From positions 29,419-93,418 of the forward strand of contig WFPF01000018.1 of assembly GCA_015487695.1 (NCBI GenBank): a stretch of DNA of 64,000 nucleotides. The letters are read 5' to 3'. Shown here piece after piece: positions 61,100 to 64,000 of this stretch. The notes under the pieces were generated by a model. That model worked only from the letters and a program-made list of their open reading frames with translations. It was not told the DNA's origin and made no database searches. The position numbers and the translations under genes are program-made. This stretch comes from Chitinophagales bacterium (GTDB lineage: Bacteria; Bacteroidota; Bacteroidia; Chitinophagales; S012-47). The first letter of the stretch is position 1. Each line of letters opens with the position of its first letter.

Positions 61100-61468
61100 T
61101 TAAGCGTTTTTTGGGAAGAATGCATCCGGAATATGATAAATCTCTGGCACTCGCCCTGCAGCTTTTATAATGGAAATAATGTCAAAACGAATTTCATTGT
61201 CAAGTTTATTTTTTTCCAGATAGTCCCTGGCTCCGCGGGCGAGAAATTTCTGCTTGGCAGCATCCACGCGCTCTTCGGGATATCCGTAATTTGCATTTTT
61301 TCGTGTTTTTACTTCCACAAAAACGATGAGATCGCCTTGGCGGGCGATCAGATCTATCTCGCTGTGGCCGCTGCGCCAGTTGCGTTCGAGAATTTCGTAC
61401 CCTTTTTTGCCGAGAAAGGCTGCGGCAAGGGCTTCTCCTTCCTTACCGAGTTTATTCCCGCTGCCCAT
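61100..61468 (-). CDS. yraN: YraN family (UPF0102) endonuclease-like protein
   Basis: 122 aa: GKEGEALAAAFLGKKGYEILERNWRSGHSEIDLIA...LIVFVEVKTR. Confidence 0.8.
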   Translation of the reverse strand: MGSGNKLGKEGEALAAAFLGKKGYEILERNWRSGHSEIDLIARQGDLIVFVEVKTRKNANYGYPEERVDAAKQKFLARGARDYLEKNKLDNEIRFDIISIIKAAGRVPEIYHIPDAFFPKNA

Positions 61469-62435
61469 GATTGCCGTTTTCGGTGACCGGAACGAGCGAA
61501 GGATCGCCCCAGAGGATGAATTCGCCCAGGGTGTGACGGGTTTTTTCGTCCCCTGCGCCCGACTGCAGATAATTGCGTTCAGCCGCTTTCAGCATTTCTC
61601 CGACAGATCGCCCCGCTTCCCACTGTGCTACGATGAATGTTCCCAGGCGGGCACTTTCGCCCTGCAGGCAGTTGCCCGTGCATCCGATGAGGTTGAGCGT
61701 GCCGTGGCCGCCAAATAAGAGCTTCATGGCGAGAGATTCTGATTCGATAACGCTGGCGGTCGAGCAGGCAATGCTCAGAATGACGCCTGGCGATATCCTG
61801 AAAAGGGAAGCAGCCGTTTCCGTGTTGATGCCGGCATCGAGCCAGGCCCGGCTGCTGCCCTGCCCGATATAGATAAAAAGGCTGCAATTGCTGCCTTCCA
61901 CGGGTGCCTCGTCAAGAATGGCCGCAGATATGCCCCGCTCTGATAAGGATCGCTGATATTCTGCCGCCCGGCTCCTGTCGTGGGCGGAGGGAAGAATAAG
62001 CACGTCTGTCCCATGCTTTCCTTTGCTGAGCTGCCGGCCGTATTGCCGGATATGCCTGCGGTTCATTGCCGGAAGGCGCCCCACTGCCAGGCGGGGCCCG
62101 AGGCGGTCGGGCAGGGTGTAGGGATAGTCGCTTTGGCTTCCCAGCTCATTGCGAAAAGGCGGAAGGGCAGCCGGAGGCCCGGCCAGCAATACATAGTCGA
62201 TGGCCAGAGTGTCATTGGCCCTGCGTATCAACTGAAGAATATCGTGGCTGCCCGTGGGCCGGCTGCTCACGAGCGGGCTCAGGCGGACATGAAGGCCCGA
62301 TTGCCTGCGGAGGGCCGCATATTCTTCGAGTTCCGTTTCCAGCGTGTCGGGGCAGACAATGAGCAGCTCCTGGGAAAACAAAGCATGGCAAGACAGCGGG
62401 AAAAAAGCGAATAGAACGATTATGCGGAGTCTCAT
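61452..62435 (-). CDS. Secreted peptidase-C25 (gingipain)-like domain protein with Gln at the catalytic-His position
   Basis: Signal peptide. C25-type blocks DYVLLAGPP..LPPF...SDYPY...PRLAVGRLP, FIYIGQGSSRAW (GHG in active enzymes), ILSIACSTASV, ILWGDPSLV. Confidence 0.65.
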   Translation of the reverse strand: MRLRIIVLFAFFPLSCHALFSQELLIVCPDTLETELEEYAALRRQSGLHVRLSPLVSSRPTGSHDILQLIRRANDTLAIDYVLLAGPPAALPPFRNELGSQSDYPYTLPDRLGPRLAVGRLPAMNRRHIRQYGRQLSKGKHGTDVLILPSAHDRSRAAEYQRSLSERGISAAILDEAPVEGSNCSLFIYIGQGSSRAWLDAGINTETAASLFRISPGVILSIACSTASVIESESLAMKLLFGGHGTLNLIGCTGNCLQGESARLGTFIVAQWEAGRSVGEMLKAAERNYLQSGAGDEKTRHTLGEFILWGDPSLVPVTENGNHGQRE

Positions 62436-63025
62436 GGTGCCAGTTCTGTCAGAATGAGAAGCTTGATGCGGTCGAGGCTGTTGCGCAAATAGGAGGCTTG
62501 TCCCGAAACTTTGCTGAGGAAGAGACCTCCTTCAATGAGCGAGATAATGAGTTCGGCAGCCGCGGATGAATCGATGTTGCTCTGTATTTCCCCTTTGAAT
62601 TTCCCGATATCGATAATACTTACGATGCTTTTTTTCCAGTTCGAGATGGCTTCACTCGCTTTTTGATGCAGCGCTTCGTGCGTGTCATCCGCTTCGATGC
62701 CCGTATTCAGTATGGGGCATCCTCCGTTCTCCACAATCTCTTCCAGCTTTTCCTCGTAGTAGCGCGGATAGCACATCAGTTTTTGCAGGCTGCCTTTTTC
62801 GCTTTTCATCATTTCCCGTATGCCCGATCGAAACTTCTCGAAGTTATAATCAAAGGCTTCGAGTGCCACCTCGTCTTTGTTTTCGAAATTTCCGTAAATA
62901 CTGCCTTTCGTCAGTCCCGTGGCCCCGGTCATGTCGCTCAGTGAAGTGCCCGCATATCCTTTTTTATTGAAAAGCACAGCGCTTTTTTCAATAATAAAAC
63001 GTCTGGTTCTTTCTGCTTTTCCCAT
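62432..63025 (-). CDS. TetR/AcrR family transcriptional regulator
   Basis: N-terminal HTH KGYAGTSLSDMTGATGLTKGSIYGNFENKDEV. ATGA overlap with the downstream C25-like gene. Confidence 0.9.
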   Translation of the reverse strand: MGKAERTRRFIIEKSAVLFNKKGYAGTSLSDMTGATGLTKGSIYGNFENKDEVALEAFDYNFEKFRSGIREMMKSEKGSLQKLMCYPRYYEEKLEEIVENGGCPILNTGIEADDTHEALHQKASEAISNWKKSIVSIIDIGKFKGEIQSNIDSSAAAELIISLIEGGLFLSKVSGQASYLRNSLDRIKLLILTELAP

Positions 63026-63028
63026 CTT

Positions 63029-63057
63029 TTTGTGATTTCTTTCCGTGATTTTTCACA
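63029..63057. promoter_or_regulatory. Candidate TetR operator (inverted repeat TTGTGA-N17-TCACAA with internal GTGATTT direct repeat)
   Basis: Located 4-32 nt upstream of the tetR start codon. Short arms, no experimental or comparative support. Confidence 0.2.
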
Positions 63058-63164
63058 AAATACTAAACGGTATATAAAAAGAGCCATATTGCCCGCTTAA
63101 TTGTTTGCACAGCGAAGTGCAAATTGTATACTGCCAAGGCTATTTTCGTTTACTTTGCAAAAAA

Positions 63165-64000
63165 ATGGAAGAGATGAAAATGGATGAATTGATTGCGGGT
63201 TTCAGCGAACAGCTTCGCGAAGCCCTGCAAATCGGCAGTGCCGCTTCTCTGCGCAGCCCCGATCGTGAAATCAGAAACATAGTGGTCACCGGCCTCGGTG
63301 GTTCGGGAATTGGCGGAAACCTCGCTTCGGAGTTTCTTGCCGATGAATTGAAGATACCCATGGAGGTGAACAAGGGTTATTTCATCCCGTCTTATGTCGA
63401 TGCGCATACCCTGCTGATAGTTTCGAGTTATTCGGGCAATACGGAAGAGACCCTGAACGCTTTGGCACTGGCCGAAAAGGCCGGGGCGTGGATTCTTTGT
63501 GTTTCATCCAACGGAAAAGTGCTGGAGCGCGCCCGGGAAATGAACTACGACTTCATACAGGTGCCGGGCGGGCTTCCACCTCGTGCCTGCCTCGGCTACA
63601 GCCTGGTGCAGCAGCTTTACATTTTGCATCGCCTCGGCTTCAGCAGCGACCGCGCCATTCGCGATATTGCGCTGGCTGCGGATCAACTGGACCGCCTGGA
63701 AAATGAAATTCGCACGGATGCACGCGAGCTGGCAGACTTCTTTCACGGTCGCATGCCGGTGCTTTACGTTTGCGATCAGATGGCAAGTGTGGCCGTCAGG
63801 GTGCGTCAGCAGATCAACGAGAATGCCAAGATGCTTTGCTGGCACCATGTGATTCCGGAGATGAACCACAACGAACTGGTAGGCTGGCGCGATGAAAATG
63901 AAAACCTGGCCGTGCTTTTTCTCCGCAACGATGACGACTATGAGCGAAACCGCCAGCGCATTGAGCTGAACAAAGAGATTGTGGGCCGCTATACGCCCCA
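63165..64000 (+). CDS. SIS-domain bifunctional phosphoglucose/phosphomannose isomerase family protein (3' end beyond window)
   Basis: Hand translation MEEMKMDELIAGFSEQL...NIVVTGLGGSGIGGNLASEF...LLIVSSYSGNTEETL...; the ORF is open to the window edge. Confidence 0.75.
   Translation, partial: MEEMKMDELIAGFSEQLREALQIGSAASLRSPDREIRNIVVTGLGGSGIGGNLASEFLADELKIPMEVNKGYFIPSYVDAHTLLIVSSYSGNTEETLNALALAEKAGAWILCVSSNGKVLERAREMNYDFIQVPGGLPPRACLGYSLVQQLYILHRLGFSSDRAIRDIALAADQLDRLENEIRTDARELADFFHGRMPVLYVCDQMASVAVRVRQQINENAKMLCWHHVIPEMNHNELVGWRDENENLAVLFLRNDDDYERNRQRIELNKEIVGRYTP

Noticed and set aside
63104-63123. Palindrome TTTGCAC-N6-GTGCAAA in the tetR / SIS-gene spacer as a second operator candidate
   Set aside because: It has only 7-bp arms in an AT-rich spacer, so chance occurrence is plausible. 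Its position (42 nt upstream of the SIS-gene ATG) fits either gene, and there is no comparative evidence.
1-64000. Window-wide search for mobile elements, prophage genes, toxin-antitoxin pairs, restriction-modification, retron/DGR/CBASS-like or other defence modules
   Set aside because: No integrase, transposase, recombinase, reverse transcriptase, methyltransferase, nuclease-ATPase pair or phage structural motif was recognised in any substantial ORF. Every gap over 100 bp was read and contains only promoters, terminators, the tRNA and the tandem repeat.

Overview
This window looks like a core-chromosome segment of a Bacteroidota-type genome. Four secreted proteins carry T9SS C-terminal sorting domains, and several start codons are preceded by TAnnTTTG -7 boxes. 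The rpoB-rpoC-DUF3467 synteny and an adjacent ParE/ParC pair also fit that lineage. Coding density is very high, and almost every gene is recognisable housekeeping.

Gene content by function:
- Transcription: rpoB (3' part) and rpoC.
- Purine synthesis: purK-purE, purC and purB, dispersed across the window.
- Cell envelope: an LpxL-type acyltransferase, an OstA-like protein, MlaD, an AmiC-type amidase and LptD.
- DNA topology: parE, parC and topA.
- Potassium uptake: two complete Trk/Ktr systems in one 4-gene operon.
- Central metabolism: icd, a 2-oxoacid dehydrogenase E2, a CoA-transferase and a Cys/Met PLP enzyme.
- Other: one tRNA-Pro(GGG), a PAS histidine kinase and a TetR regulator.

I found no integrase, transposase, phage gene, CRISPR array or recognisable defence or toxin system, and no convincing novel multi-gene system. 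The observations most worth a second look are local:
1. A 123/124-bp tandem repeat between purE and tRNA-Pro. Each unit carries an inverted near-perfect copy of the tRNA's 3' trailer.
2. A monocistronic AT-rich islet encoding a three-part orphan protein: a small N-terminal domain, a histone-H1-like K/A/P-rich linker and a wHTH-like C-terminus.
3. A short C25 (gingipain)-like protein whose catalytic His position is Gln, translationally coupled to a TetR gene.
4. A pair of large T9SS cargo proteins with no recognisable catalytic motif.
5. A 55-aa cysteine-rich ORF, absent from the ORF track, that overlaps the 3' end of purB.

All family calls rest on motif recognition by eye. No BLAST, HMM, tRNA-scan or RNA-folding program was run.
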